DNA of 63,102 nucleotides, the filler included, from Choristocarpus tenellus KU-1152 (lineage: Eukaryota; Protista; Phaeophyceae): assembly GCA_964200185.2 (NCBI GenBank). It is 9 parts of 9 records of this genome, joined end to end, with 100 filler letters (N's around TTAATTAATTAA, not from the genome) between each part and the next. Parts side by side here need not be neighbours in the genome. Positions count along the whole stretch, not along the records: positions 6,339 to 13,321 come from CAXNAD020006922.1; positions 13,422 to 29,530 come from CAXNAD020000873.1; 7 more parts are not named here. One strand, written 5' to 3'. Below are positions 11,908-24,419 of the stretch, one piece after another (position 1 is the first letter of the stretch; each line of letters opens with the position of its first letter). The notes beneath the pieces were generated by a model that searched no databases, had not been told where the DNA came from, and saw only the letters and a program-made list of their open reading frames with translations. The position numbers and the translations under genes are program-made.

Positions 11908-13212
11908 TGATTGTTGTTATTTCATGCCCCCTCAGACGACCAAATCAAGCATCGAGCCTCTGAGGTACATCGCCGTCGCAGTACTTGGTCCATGACTGGT
12001 CTGTTAAGTAGGATGCAGCAGATGGAGGAGCATTCAGCCTCTGAAAAGCAGCTGAATGCCCTGCCTGGGTGGGCCAGAAGGTGAAATAGTCCAAGACTGA
12101 TTTGCAAGAATACAATCCACAATTGGTTACTTCCACTATATCTAGAGATGTGATCCTAACCAGGGAATACTACATCATACTAGTCCCTCACCAGCAATTT
12201 ATGTGTAAATGGCTATGGTTGGAAGGTACGATATCCCTAACGCTGAACAAATCCTTTCTGAGAAAATGCATACACAAAAAAGAACATGAGCATGTCAGGA
12301 ATTTGATATGGCAAAGCAGGAAGTGACTGTGTAAGGGGATTGCAGTCTGCATGTGTTTTGGATTGAAATTGTGACAGTTCATGAATCTCTTGCACACCAC
12401 AACCCATACACACACACACATCCTGACATCTGACTCAAGATTTTTCCTTGTAACTGTAGCCATACCTCTTGTAAAAATGATCCAACTCTTACGTCTACAA
12501 GAACAATCCCTCTGACTGGTGGTGCACCTCCTGTATCTGCAAGCTCATTAGGAAGTGTACATATTGGACAGTAGCATACTGGAAGTACAAGTAACACAAC
12601 AAATTGGAGCTTGATAGCATAGGAGTATATTAGAAGTATATATACATCATACAGATATTTTTGCCCCATGGAAACAACAAGGCAGGTAGGATGGAAGATT
12701 TCTTTACACCGTTGCATTTTTCGTTGCGTATGATGCGACCATAACATCAAACTATCCACAAGTGACATACTATTTAACCATTGGTTTACACCATTTGACC
12801 CATTTTAGTGCACACAATAGGAGAAGAATTGACATAGGTGTATCTCTTCTAGCAAAAAGAAACCTCCCACATCTTGTTCAAGATTCTTTGCTTTTCCCCT
12901 ACAGCTGTATTAATGGTACATGTTCATCCTGTTTGCTACGTCAGGATCTACACCCTGTCGGAAATCTGTTGCAGTCTGACTGAGAATAAGTACTTTGTCA
13001 ACTTCATCACATTTTGCATCCTGCTGGCAGGTGATCATGCATGATTGATTGGGTGCTCACTAAGAGAGGCACCATTGATTACTGGGTAAGGTAGAGTTTT
13101 GGAAATTAAAGTCTAGGATGGACAAATGATGAAACTGAGGTTTGATTGTTTTTTAACTGCAGCCATGGTCCTGTGGAGGAAGATGTGATTTAACAACATA
13201 GATCAAACTAGT

Positions 13213-13449
13213 GACTGAAAGTATCTGGGGGGGGGGGGGGGGGGGGGGGCGGACGGGGGGGTATATTTGGCGCCGGATGAGGAAAAGACCCATTAATTTA
13301 ATAATATCACCAAAAAAACAANNNNNNNNNNNNNNNNNNNNNNNNNNNNNNNNNNNNNNNNNNNNTTAATTAATTAANNNNNNNNNNNNNNNNNNNNNNN
13401 NNNNNNNNNNNNNNNNNNNNNCGCCCCCGCCCCCCAGATATTTTGGGTC
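13213..13449 (+). mobile_element. MITE family B spanning a gap
   Basis: Left TIR with poly-G before the gap; right TIR (ccccagatattttgggtc) after it. Confidence 0.7.
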
Positions 13450-14250
13450 TGTTGTCGTACTTCTATCAGTGAACATATGTGACATTCATGTTGCTTAATG
13501 GTTCATGCATGCAATTATGTTACATCTTCTTTGACTTGGAGTATTCTCTTCAAATTGCTGCTGTTTCAGCTATGCTTGAAGTTCGTTGATTGAATTGGGG
13601 TGTTTTATCTGCAAGTATCTAGGCATGGTCCACGCAATGCCCAATCATATAGATGTGTCTTGGCTATGGTTTACATACATACAAGGATCAAAGATCGATG
13701 TGTGTTCTGGTGGAAGCCCTATTTGCTGTGTACAATGTAGTTTAGAGTGGTTGAGAGCAATGTGCGTCTGGTAGTGGACTTTCATATAGAGTTGACTCCA
13801 AACATATCTACTCTATGCTCTCCACAGTAGCAGTTGACTTCTTGGCTTCATGCCTCTGTGCGGTATACAGCAACTGTGTTTTGCTCATGTCAATGCAATT
13901 GCCTTCTGCCTTGACTGTTGGGTGAAGTGTGTTCGTTGATAAATGATGATGTGTTGTGACCAACCTGGAGCCTTTCTCAGACAACAACACATATGGATGG
14001 TATTGATACATTTTCTATGTCTATGTTTGGTGGGTGAAGCCTAGCCCCTGCCTGTCACCACAGTAACCCCAAGTACTGTGCCCGTTGGCTACCCCAGCCA
14101 AAACCTTAGTGGAATGTTTGCCTACATATTGAGTACATTCAAGTATGTAACATTGCATCTGTGTCAACCAAAATCCACAGAAGGCTTTATGAAGGTGATC
14201 GCAAGGAAGATCCAAATAGTACATTCAGAAAGCACTCATCCAAGGTGAAA

Positions 14251-14529
14251 GAGTCAAAGTAAACGAGAGGTACCCAGGGTTGCATTTGAAGAAAGCTGAC
14301 AAATCCTGACAAAAAGCTGACAAATCCGTACAAAATTTGCCTTTTTTCCAAATGCGTATTGGAACTATGCTGAATTTGTGGGAAAGTTCTAACAATTGAG
14401 AAATAAATACTCTCAAGTCAAACTTAGCGCTTCGAACATAGAATTATGGGTGAAATGCAAACGATAGAAAAGACTGACTTAAGATTTAAAAACGACCAAA
14501 CCCTGGGTACCTATCGTTTACTTTGACTC
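14251..14529 (+). mobile_element. MITE family C, complete, 3-bp TSD AAA
   Basis: 29-bp TIR gagtcaaagtaaacgagaggtacccaggg...ccctgggtacctatcgtttactttgactc. Confidence 0.92.
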
Positions 14530-14726
14530 AAAGGAGGACAGCCATTAGTTGATTGCTACGGAATATTCAGGTGCCTACAATGCACACTTCCGCAAACTGC
14601 TCTCAAACTGAAGTACCTTCTCAATCTTGACTTACAAAAATGAGCGGATTTCTCCTATTCGTTTATTGCCATATAGTTAATGGAACCTGGAACACACCTT
14701 CTAGTACTGGGGTGGATCATGGTATT

Positions 14727-14986
14727 GGGTGAAAGTATCTTGGAGGGCACGAGTTTTTCCCTGTTTGTCCATTTGGGGCTCGGCTTCCCACGGGTTTTTA
14801 ATGACATTTTACATACTCCAAAATGTTTCGGAGTAGGTAATGTGTATACGTTAATGAAAAGGAGTGTCCGGAACAAGTATATTGATATCTCCTAACAAAC
14901 ATGATAGCCAAAATTACATCAAAATTGCAATATTGGATATTGACCCCCAAATGGACATGTCCCTACCCTCTAAAATACTTTGACTC
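14727..14986 (+). mobile_element. MITE family A, complete, 3-bp TSD ATT
   Basis: Both TIRs present; flanks tatt| and |attt match over 3 bp only. Confidence 0.93.
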
Positions 14987-15756
14987 ATTTCCGAAGTCCC
15001 TAAATACTATTTAATATATACTAGTTCATAGTGTTTGCACTCAGAACCCTTGATATTCTTACATTTTACAAGGGCTCCTCTATGTTTTTTGTAAACACCT
15101 GATACTAGTTCAATTACGACCAGGGCACCTAGCAGTGTTCTGTCATCTGACTTGTTGCTTACCATGGAGTAACTGGCTCTTCATTTTGCCATAATAATGT
15201 ACGCCTTTCTTTGAAGTATTGACAGTTCTACCAATAATTGTACTCATAGAAGCATATGCTTCGAGTACAGAGTATTTGTTAGCATTACAGTTGAATCCTG
15301 TTGAGAGACTGTTTAGCAAATAGGTAAGGCCCAGAAAATAACCTATAGGAACTTTAGCTTTTCAATTAGCTTGGGGGCTAACGCCTTCTGTACAATTTTG
15401 AGCAATCTATGGTCTTTTTTTACTGTGATATAGCCGTGATGACATAAAAGCCCCATATATGTGAGAGTATATTTGCAAGAGCACAAGTGTAGGCAGATAC
15501 ATTCACACTACATTGCCACTCCTTCATGCGGAGAACACTGTCAATGAAGCTGTGAACGAATTGGAGTTGGTGGAGTTTGAAAGTTCAAGAATAGGAGCAT
15601 CAAGCTAGCTATGCCAATGAGTAGACTGGCAACAATATATATATATATATTGCCAAGAGGAGAACATGTACAACTCAATAGCTGGAGGGTAGCAGTACAT
15701 AATACAGGGTTCAATCTGCTTCCCTAACCATGTGCCTGGGTATTTTGTTGTCCCTT

Positions 15757-16016
15757 GAGTCAAAGTATCTTAGAGAGTAGAGCTGTGTCCATTTGGGGGT
15801 CAAAAACCAACGTTGTACTTTTTTTGTCTTTTTGGCTATCATGTTTGTTTAGGAGATGTCAGTATCCTTGTTCCGGACACACCTTTTCATTACATAGACA
15901 TTTTGCATAGTCCGAAATATTTTGGAGTACATAAAATGTAACAAAAAACCCGTAGGAGGCCAAGCCCCAAATGGACAAACAGGGAAAAACTCGTACCCTC
16001 CAAGATACTTTCACTC
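15757..16016 (-). mobile_element. MITE family A, complete, 4-bp TSD CCTT
   Basis: Both TIRs present; cctt on both sides. Confidence 0.95.
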
Positions 16017-16393
16017 CCTTCGCTGTCTACAATTTGCTGTTGCAAGGCGTTTGTTCCAGAAACTAGAAATTCTATCATTCCATCACAATTAAGTGCTTAG
16101 AAGTACCTTGAAATATAAACCTGATTGTGAGGCCATGGTTGTGATATGCATACTATAGTCGGAACTTGAACAGTTCACTTAGGCTTCACCAGTTTAAATT
16201 ATCACTTGCACTTACTCGGTTAGAATATTTAAAGAAAAAATAATGTCAAAGGCAGAAATATTAATGTAAAAATCAATTAACTCTCTTTGTAAGTATTTTG
16301 GTCGATATAAAATTATGAAGGGCATTGGCCTTGATGGAAAAAGTGAAATTTCATTAGTTGCACTTGTTGAACAGGCCTTACCTTATATATACC

Positions 16394-16568
16394 TCATTCA
16401 GATGAAGTCTTACACATCTCTGCAAGGAAATCTGCCTTGGAAATGACACCATTCCCCTCACGATCCACCTCCCTTATCATGTCCTCGCAATCATCCAAGC
16501 TAATGTATGTCTGTCCCAATCGTTTCATTACTCGCTGTAGTGACACCTTGTCAATAACATCAAGGCCT
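16394..16568 (-). CDS. Calmodulin/centrin-like protein, last exon (EF3-EF4)
   Basis: ttgtttag acceptor; GLDVIDKVSLQRVMKRLG...DMIREVDREGNGVISKADFLAEM...stop. Confidence 0.88.
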
Positions 16569-17846
16569 CTAAACAAGAGAAGAAATTGATGGGCGGAGAA
16601 GAGCAAGGTGATCATTAGCTCATGCCAAAACGTTTTCATTTGGATTGTGTCCACATAATGGACATGTCCAACTTTTCCCTTCAGCTTAAGGTGTAGGACC
16701 ATCTTCTTCTTTGTGGAATGAGGTATATTGTGAGAGCATGGGATATCTTGCAGGGGAAAATTGAAGAGTGTGGACATCTTGCAGGGTGAAAATGATCCTA
16801 TTAACACGATGCGGGATGTGAACTATTCTTGATGTTTGGCTATTCCTTTTTGTACCAAATTATCTTCCTTAGTCAAGATTGACTTTATATAGCATCATTA
16901 ACGAGGGAGTAGTGTAGAAAAATCTTACCCTATTGAAGGGTGTGCTATTTTCCTTGGTTGTCTGACACGTATAGGGAGAGGTGGAGAAACACAACGATGA
17001 AAGAACAAGAGGCCAACACTTTTGTTGTTGAGATACAGAATCAGACTATTTGAATAACCTTCAAACCAAGTCCGCAATACTGTCATATGTGCCATCGTAG
17101 TAGCACCACCCAGTGGTAATAGCATGTCTCTGTATACCTATCGAGTTTCTTATTCGATTTTCTTCATGTGATTATAAGCTGGGCGTTCCATCATTGACTA
17201 TTTTAAAACAAACCAGAGAAGAACCAGACTCGCTTATCCCATCTCAACATACTAGTTCAGTTCGTACCTGCTCGGGTTACTCTTTCAAGTAGTACAGTAA
17301 GCATTTTGATCCATTTCAATTTACAACAATGTATATCTATATTGGTTTGTGGACTCTGTGTCTGGTGCAAAGTTTTTTTTTTCTACTCTACTGTTCACCT
17401 CATTCGGAAAAATAACCTCACCCTTTGGGAGAAGTGTCTAAGAAAGACGTTGTGATTACCAACTTGTGATGGTATGTCTCTAAAGTAATGCTGATAAGAT
17501 CTTATCCCCAAAGTGTGTAGAGAGTATTGCTGATGATCTCGTATATTTGGTGCAATGAGAGAGTAGATCTTACCAAAGGATGTTGTAACTAGTTTGGGCT
17601 GCGGTACGTTTCTCTTGAGCATATCAGACAACATGTACCAACAAGTGCTGCGCAGCCATCATCCCTGGTAGACAACTTTATTCACAGAGAAGCAAGCTTG
17701 TCACTAGGCTGGAAGGTAGAATACTACCACATATACACATATTCTGGACTATTTTACTCAGAGCTCTGTAGGGTTGACCATACACTACTGTACAGGTATT
17801 GTTGTTGGTACGACCAAAATCAACACATTAACAACCACAAACTTGC

Positions 17847-18004
17847 CCTGTGATCTCGTTGAAAACCCTATCTAGACGATCGGGTCCGTACTGTGGTTTC
17901 ATGACAGCTGCAACAGAAGAAAAGAAAGAAGGGAAGTCAATTGAACCTGACGACTCTGGGTCCATTGCCGATGCAAGCATTGCCAGCTCCGATTCAGTTG
18001 GAAC
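17847..18004 (-). CDS. Calmodulin/centrin-like protein, middle exon (EF2)
   Basis: ttagcag acceptor; VPTESELAMLASAMDPESSGSIDFPSFF...LDRVFNEIT aligns with CaM [27 protein letters not shown]; GC donor gg|gcaagt in phase with the next exon. Confidence 0.85.
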
Positions 18005-18286
18005 CTGCTAAAGTGGTGCAGCACGAGTTAGGAATAATGTTAACCTTGACCGTTCTCAGGTTGGTTGGTCTCACCTCTAGGGCATAGGCTGGTGTTAGGA
18101 GCGTAGATGAGCAACTGCGATATGTGGGTTTTAAGTACCCGATAAAGTTGCTGCTCTCACTAACCACTCTTGTTTGCTGTAATATGAGGGTCCTGTAATA
18201 TGAGGGTCCTGAATTTAGCAAAGCAGGCCGTGCCCCCCCCCCTTTGAAGCTTAGATAATGTCAAGGTTCAAGCCTGTGAGCCTTAC

Positions 18287-18427
18287 GATGAACAACGCCT
18301 TGAGAGCGTTTGTTAAGTTATTTCTTGGGAGTATGCAGCTGTGCTCGCCTCCGACTGCGTGCATCTCAAAGGCGACTCGTAGACGCTCAATCGCCTGGTC
18401 TGAAAAGCAATCCTCGGGCAATCTCAT
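18287..18427 (-). CDS. Calmodulin/centrin-like protein, EF1 exon (minimal start; frame stays open to about 18538)
   Basis: MRLPEDCFSDQAIERLRVAFEMH...LTNALKALFI|gtaagg; phase 0 joins the 18004 exon. Confidence 0.8.
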
Positions 18428-19969
18428 CTGTGCATTGAGATCGGTTGAATATGCGTTGATCAGAGGTGACAGCCTGCCACATTGATCATGCTTTGGAAGG
18501 CCCAGTAAGCCCAGCCTTTCAAGAGAAATAATTTTGAGCTATGATATAGAGGTAGCTTTCACGCTAAATCCTGATTGACAGACCGGTTCCTCCTCTGTTT
18601 GCTTGGTATGAAGCTTTGCGTTTCGATCTGTCTTTCGAATGTGAAGTCCTCGCTCTATCCGCTCCATATCTTGATCCTCTAATATACTCCTCCTTGTGTT
18701 CAGTCTTCTAGCTGTTTGTAAACCTTCAGCCAACCTTCAGCCAACCTTCAGCAAGCCTGCGTGCCTGTACTATACCGTCTGAGCGTTTCATTACTATAGA
18801 ATTCCAACAACGACCAATGATGATAGATTTCTAATAGTAAAATACTAAGTTTCTTTGGGTGCACCCTCTCAACGCATGCTTCACAGTTATCCCCAGTAAA
18901 AAGCACATGCTTGATTGTCCAACATGTCTTACTATGGAAAATCACGACACAAGTTAAACCATTTCAAGCCTGACATCCCTAAATAGAGGACTTTTTACTT
19001 GTAAGAGGTTGATACCTCAAAAAAAACATGAAAAAAATAACATGGGGTTTTGAGTGTTGTTTAAACACTGTGCAACACCTTCTGAAGAACATCGAGCAAC
19101 CGAGAAAAGGAAACGAAAATTCCAGAAATTTCGAAAATCACACCTTCAATTTTAAATTTTCAGCCACTTTTCAATCTCATAATGATAAAATACCAGTTTA
19201 CCTCAAATTCTTGAAACATTTTTAGGACCCAGTTCCATCACTTCCACAAATTTCCATAATATTCTTCGACCTTCTTTCTGCCCTCACATGCACTTCACCA
19301 ATGTTGTAGGAACAGTTTGGCACACAATTAACACTCCTTACCTCTTACCAAGAAACCACGCATAACTCCATATGTATTTTCGCCTTTGTTTTTGTCCTCT
19401 CCCAAACTTTGCCAACAGCATCACACACTAATAATAACGCTCATCTCTTATTGCGAAGACTAAAATAATTATATAGAAATTATACAGAAATATCAATGTA
19501 AGTGTCGTGAGGCAGGGTCCAATCAGCCGTGGGGGGGTGTTCAGAATCACCAGTTGTGTCACGGTGGGGTGCTTTCAGCAAACCCAAACCTCTCTCAGCC
19601 ATCAAATCTTAGAAGTTCGAATGGAATCTCAGATCCGATGGGTGACGTCGCATCATTTTGACCGTCAACGGCAAGAGGTCTGAGAATTCTCAAGACTTCT
19701 CTGTTTGATGTTGATGGGAACATCAATGACAAAAAGATGTGCGCGTAATGCACTTGTGTGTGCGCTCGGATGTAGATTGGACTGAGATCAACTCCCAAAG
19801 GACTGTCCATCGCACAAATATTTTTATTGTATTTAGTACTCACAGTAGCAGTAGAACAGGATACAAGATTGAAGTAGAGTGAAATGCTAAATAGGGAGGC
19901 GTGATTATGGTATGACTGACCCGAATGTCAACAAATGTTACCTGCCTGGTATAGACAAACTATTCTAAC

Positions 19970-20153
19970 GTGGTCGAGTCCATGGCTATCACTACTCAAC
20001 ATGACCATTTCAACCAGCCGACCATGCACAACCAAGTTGGAACATGGTCGAGTCCATGGCCATCACTACACAACATGATCAGGCCACTGGCCATCCGTGT
20101 ACAACCACGTTTGGATATGGCCGAGTCCATGGCCATGGACTATTTCAACATGA
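19970..20153 (+). repeat. Imperfect ~74-bp tandem repeat, about 2.5 copies
   Basis: tgg(t/c)cgagtccatggc...caacatga at about 19970, 20045 and 20118. Confidence 0.85.
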
Positions 20154-20649
20154 ATGGGTGAGAGGCCCGCCCCACAGTGGACATGCTATCTGCTGGTCTC
20201 AGTCCTGTAAAGGCATCACCTGTGTGAAAGGTACAGCAATAGCAAACATGTCGCCACCCTCCCCGTGCTGCTTGCAAGGGGTAGTTGTATTCTTCATCTA
20301 AAGAATCATCACTCCTGTCCAAAGGATGGGTAGGGTGGGGAGGCAGCAGTGGAGTTTGTTCTGTACTTGCTGGAGCTGGTGACATCACAACAGGTGCCCG
20401 TGCCGCCGCTGGAGGCAGCACTCGGAGAAAATGCCGGTAGACATCAGAGCGGTAAATTTGGTGTTGGCCTTGGAGTTTTAGTTCAGTGTTGGTAGTGTTG
20501 CACCATACAAGTGTTCCAAGTATGTTAAGTGGAATGCGACGGAATACAAGGATTTTCATTTGGCAGTTTTAGGCGAAACGGTACATTCTAGAAGGAAAGC
20601 TCATGCATCTCTAGGAACAATTTCGTTGTAGTTGAAAAACAGATTTGGA

Positions 20650-21780
20650 AATTCTGGAAGCAGTGTTGTTCTAGACGTCTGGCAATAGCGAGTAAAGAGG
20701 CTCCCACATGCTCTCACTTCCAAATTTCCATCGATGACCAAGCCCTTCTATGGAGTTCAATCTACAAGCACAATAATGTGTAAGAAATAAAAGATGAGAA
20801 CTAAACATCTCTCAAGACATGCCCAACAAGATGAGAGCCGAGTCTCACTACCCGAGAGGAGGGAGTCTGTATTAGTGAATGTAGGAGTCATCGAACACAC
20901 AATAGGATGACCAAAGTAGGCCACATGTTAGTTTCTACAGAGGTTCATCAGACTCATCTGGAACACAGGTGGTAAGTGTGGAGCAACTGGTGCAGTTGTT
21001 GACAGAGGTGCTAACGGTGAACCAAGCACCGAGCCAGCAGTCAAACTGAAGGTGGCGTTGCAGTTATTATCGGACAAGAGAGGGGAGTCATGGAGTTGGT
21101 TGTGAGTACACCGAGTACATCTTGCGCACACTCAGTTGTGGAGTGGCTTTTGATGTGCCTGAGGAGGAGGTCATCAAAATTGGTCACGGCGACTTCAACA
21201 GCATGGGTGTCAATGCAGATTGACTTCACGAGACTGAGGTGTCATCGAGGACATCTATCACCACATTCAGGGACATCACCTTTGAGATCGTGGTAGGTGT
21301 GGAGTACAGACCAATGAATTACTGGAGACACTGCACTTGTAGCAATAAGTCGAGGACTGACTGAGCCCGCAAGGTGTCAGCTCTGAAAGAAACTGGGTCA
21401 CAAGGCAAAACAGCTCAAGGTCAAGAAAGGAGAATTCGCAAGAGAGTGTTGATCATGCGGAAAGTGGGGGCACAATAAAGGGGAGTGTTGAGGGGGAAAA
21501 CTCACAGGACAGCCACAATCGAAGAAAACAGGACGAAGATGGTTCATTGCCAAAAACACGGGACACTTTGCAAAGGACGGGCATAACCGCTCCAATCAGA
21601 GTCACAGGAACAACGATGAAACCTGAGGCCAAAAGCGCATGGGAGCTCTGATAGTGACCATGGTGTACATGACTCAGTCAAACTATGCAACTGCTTCTTC
21701 AAATGTAGTGGGAGACTGGAACAAATGGGATTTGAACTCAGGGGCGATGAACTACTTGACACCAGGTGCAGGTAGCATGG
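20650..21780 (-). pseudogene. Possible very decayed Gypsy integrase/chromodomain relic
   Basis: DWSGYARP (cf. DDxSGYV) and RWKFGSESMWEPLYSLLPDV (chromodomain-like W.G..SE.TWEP); many stops. Confidence 0.3.
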
Positions 21781-22069
21781 CCAATTTTAAGCGAGCATTA
21801 GGCGCAGCTGTGGAGCTTGCCAACGGAAAACTCGTGGAGACCATGGAACATTGAAGGTGATGATGATTCAGCCGAACGAAGTACCAAATAATGGATACCT
21901 CTTCCTCCATTAGGTATTAATGAAACATAAATTTTGCGATCCTGATGAAGAATCATTTTTTTTTTCACATGTTCTTATTTTATGGGTGTATTCTGCAGAC
22001 TCTAAAAGGTTGCCCACAGAAATCTCAACCAAAATGGGGCAAACTAAACCTATCTACGATTCCGCCCCC

Positions 22070-22760
22070 GGAGCCCTCCGAAACTCCGTCCCAGCATGGT
22101 ACTTCACCGTATCCACTGGGGCAGCTTGCCGAACTTCTCAACCTTTTCCTTGCTAAGATGGGGAATTTTGAAGACGTTGTTACCCTCGGACCTCCACACT
22201 TCATCGCAGACTGCGAAGAGACTCTGCCAGATGCACTCTAGCGTCTCATGGGGGTACACATCAAACAACTTCATTGTGGCCTCCACCAGCTCCTCTGTGT
22301 TGGTCACCCCCACGTCTTCCTTAAGTTGTTGGATGGACGAAGGAATCCCAGGTTGTTGACGTTGAGGTCAGGTAAATTGGCTGACTGGGTCTCTATGACA
22401 ATGTCAACCCCCACAGCCTCCAAGATTGCCCCCATAATCCCCGTGTTGGTGTGTGGCTTTGTCCCGTCCTGCAGCACAAAGATGATGTGTCCTTCTGGCC
22501 TAGGCACGTGGGTCTTGATTGTCTGGATGGCATCACCGATCTTGAGCTTATTATAATCAACCCCGCCCGCCGTGGTTGGCTCAAGCACCTTGATGCCCTT
22601 GAAGAGATGTTCACTGGAGCGCTGAGAAACCTTAGCCAGATCCCGATTTTCCCATCGAACCACATCCCGTTGGAGAGCTTCCTGAGGCGGGCCACAGTGG
22701 CAAGGAACGTCACCTTCGTGGTGTAACGCATTTTTTGTTCCCGTGAGGGTCTGGGGGAGT
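22070..22760 (-). mobile_element. Decayed plant/oomycete-type mariner (DD39D group) transposase, C-terminal half
   Basis: KVTFLATVAR..WFDGKIGIW, QDGTKPH, QSANLPDLNVNNLGF and GNNVFKIPHLSKEK across frameshifts. Confidence 0.9.
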
Positions 22761-23054
22761 CCTTGGTGGGGTGTGGGTATACACTTTGCCCATATTTGAG
22801 GATGTAAAACCACTACTGTTCTATTTTTCTCGTGGATACGGGTTGTTGAATACACAATTTCTAATAGGTGCTACTGTATGTGTTCGTGAATCGTCGTTAA
22901 TTGATCGACCCCATTGAATCAATGGGGAAGTAGTCAGCATTACAATCGGAAAGGTTAGATTTTGTTGGTTCAATTTGGTGTTTTCCTGTCATCCTGAGCA
23001 GGAGGAGTCACAAACACAAAAGGAAAACAAGAGTACTGCTCACCACACGGCACT

Positions 23055-23306
23055 GAGCCAAAGTAATTGAGAGAGGTAGGAAAGTTTACATTTTATGGAT
23101 CACGATAAAGGCAAAAAGACACAATTGTATAATTACAGAAAGATACTTTGGTAAATTGTGGTATAACTTTGTGTCTGGCAAGGGGGAACATCAATAGTAG
23201 CATTGTGCACATATAGCCATGCAATAGGGTATATTGCACAAGGTAAGAAATATGGCCGAGATTACAAAAGGACACAAACCTGTCCACCTCTCAATTACTT
23301 TGGCTC
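23055..23306 (+). mobile_element. MITE family D
   Basis: TIR gagccaaagtaattgagag...ctctcaattactttggctc; flanks act/acg. Confidence 0.85.
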
Positions 23307-23464
23307 ACGGTTGGGTCATCCAGCAAGACGCACAAGTGGAAATTGATACGTTCAAGCTACTGGTGACATGCCTTACAAGGTATGGTGGTAGAGGCGGCAA
23401 AGTCCCGCCAAGCGGTCACGAGAAAGCCCTCCTCTTACTTTCCACTCTTGGCCAAACTTATTAG

Positions 23465-23727
23465 GAGAACCAACCAATTGAGATGTAGGCAGGGTTGCAT
23501 GTTAAGGATCCCGAGAGAAGGCCAACAAGAACACCGTTGTGTACAATTGCAGAAAGAGCATTTGCTGAATCGTGGTGTCGTTTTGGGTGTGGAAAGGGGG
23601 AGTGTCAATTCTTGAGTTCACTATTGCGCACATAAAGTAACGAAATAGTATGTATTGCACAGGGCTAGAGAGATGGCTTGGAATACAAGAGGGTCCAAAC
23701 TTGCCACCTCTCCAATTGATTTGACTC
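23465..23727 (-). mobile_element. MITE family E
   Basis: TIR gagaaccaaccaattg...caattgatttgactc; homologous to 53699-53950 and 54767-55026. Confidence 0.8.
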
Positions 23728-24419
23728 AGGAGCGCTTTGGCAATTACTCTCGTCCAGCAGGCGTTAGGAGTGTGAATGTTTTCATCATCTGGGAGTATTG
23801 CAACAACAGGAAAGAGATATAGACTGGGTGTCGACAATATAGCTGCCCCTTGTCTTCGTGAGCAAGATCTGAGACTGAATGGATGCGGAGTTGTAGCAGG
23901 CTGCTGGTGATGCCAAGAAGGCGGCTGCCAACCGGAGAGTGAAGGAATCCAGTCATAGCAACAGTATAGTATTCACTGTACCTACATATAATTGTTTCGT
24001 TTTCTAGAGTTGGGACTCATAGTGGCAGTAGTCCAAAGTGCAGCTAACTGTATAATTTGTTCCTTGCTTCAAATTACTTCAACTGGTGTTATCATAAAAT
24101 ATAGGCTGCTACTGCTGCTGCTGCTGTGCTCATATAGTTGTACTTGTTGCATAGAGAACGAACGGTCTTTGTTCCTTGATGTACCATTGCTGTGAGTTGT
24201 AGGCAATGGTAGCGACTCTGCTATTGGTTGTCATGGTGTTCGTTGCACGTGTTATTTTGTAGGTACCTTCTGTCCTCTACAATTGCACTGGCATCTCAAG
24301 CACATTGGTGGACATGGAGTGAGCGTACTAACAAAGTACAGCAGCTTTTGGTTTCTAATAATAAATTGCACTTTTCCTCTTGATAACCCCTCAGCCCTTT
24401 GCAGATTCTTTGGCCTTTC

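Noticed and set aside
16925-17460. Small exon-like segments inside the GC-AG intron
   Set aside because: Not needed; the flanking exons already join in phase with CaM-like spacing
19970-20153. CRISPR-like repeat-spacer pattern
   Set aside because: Only three degenerate repeats, spacers similar to each other, no cas genes, eukaryotic context
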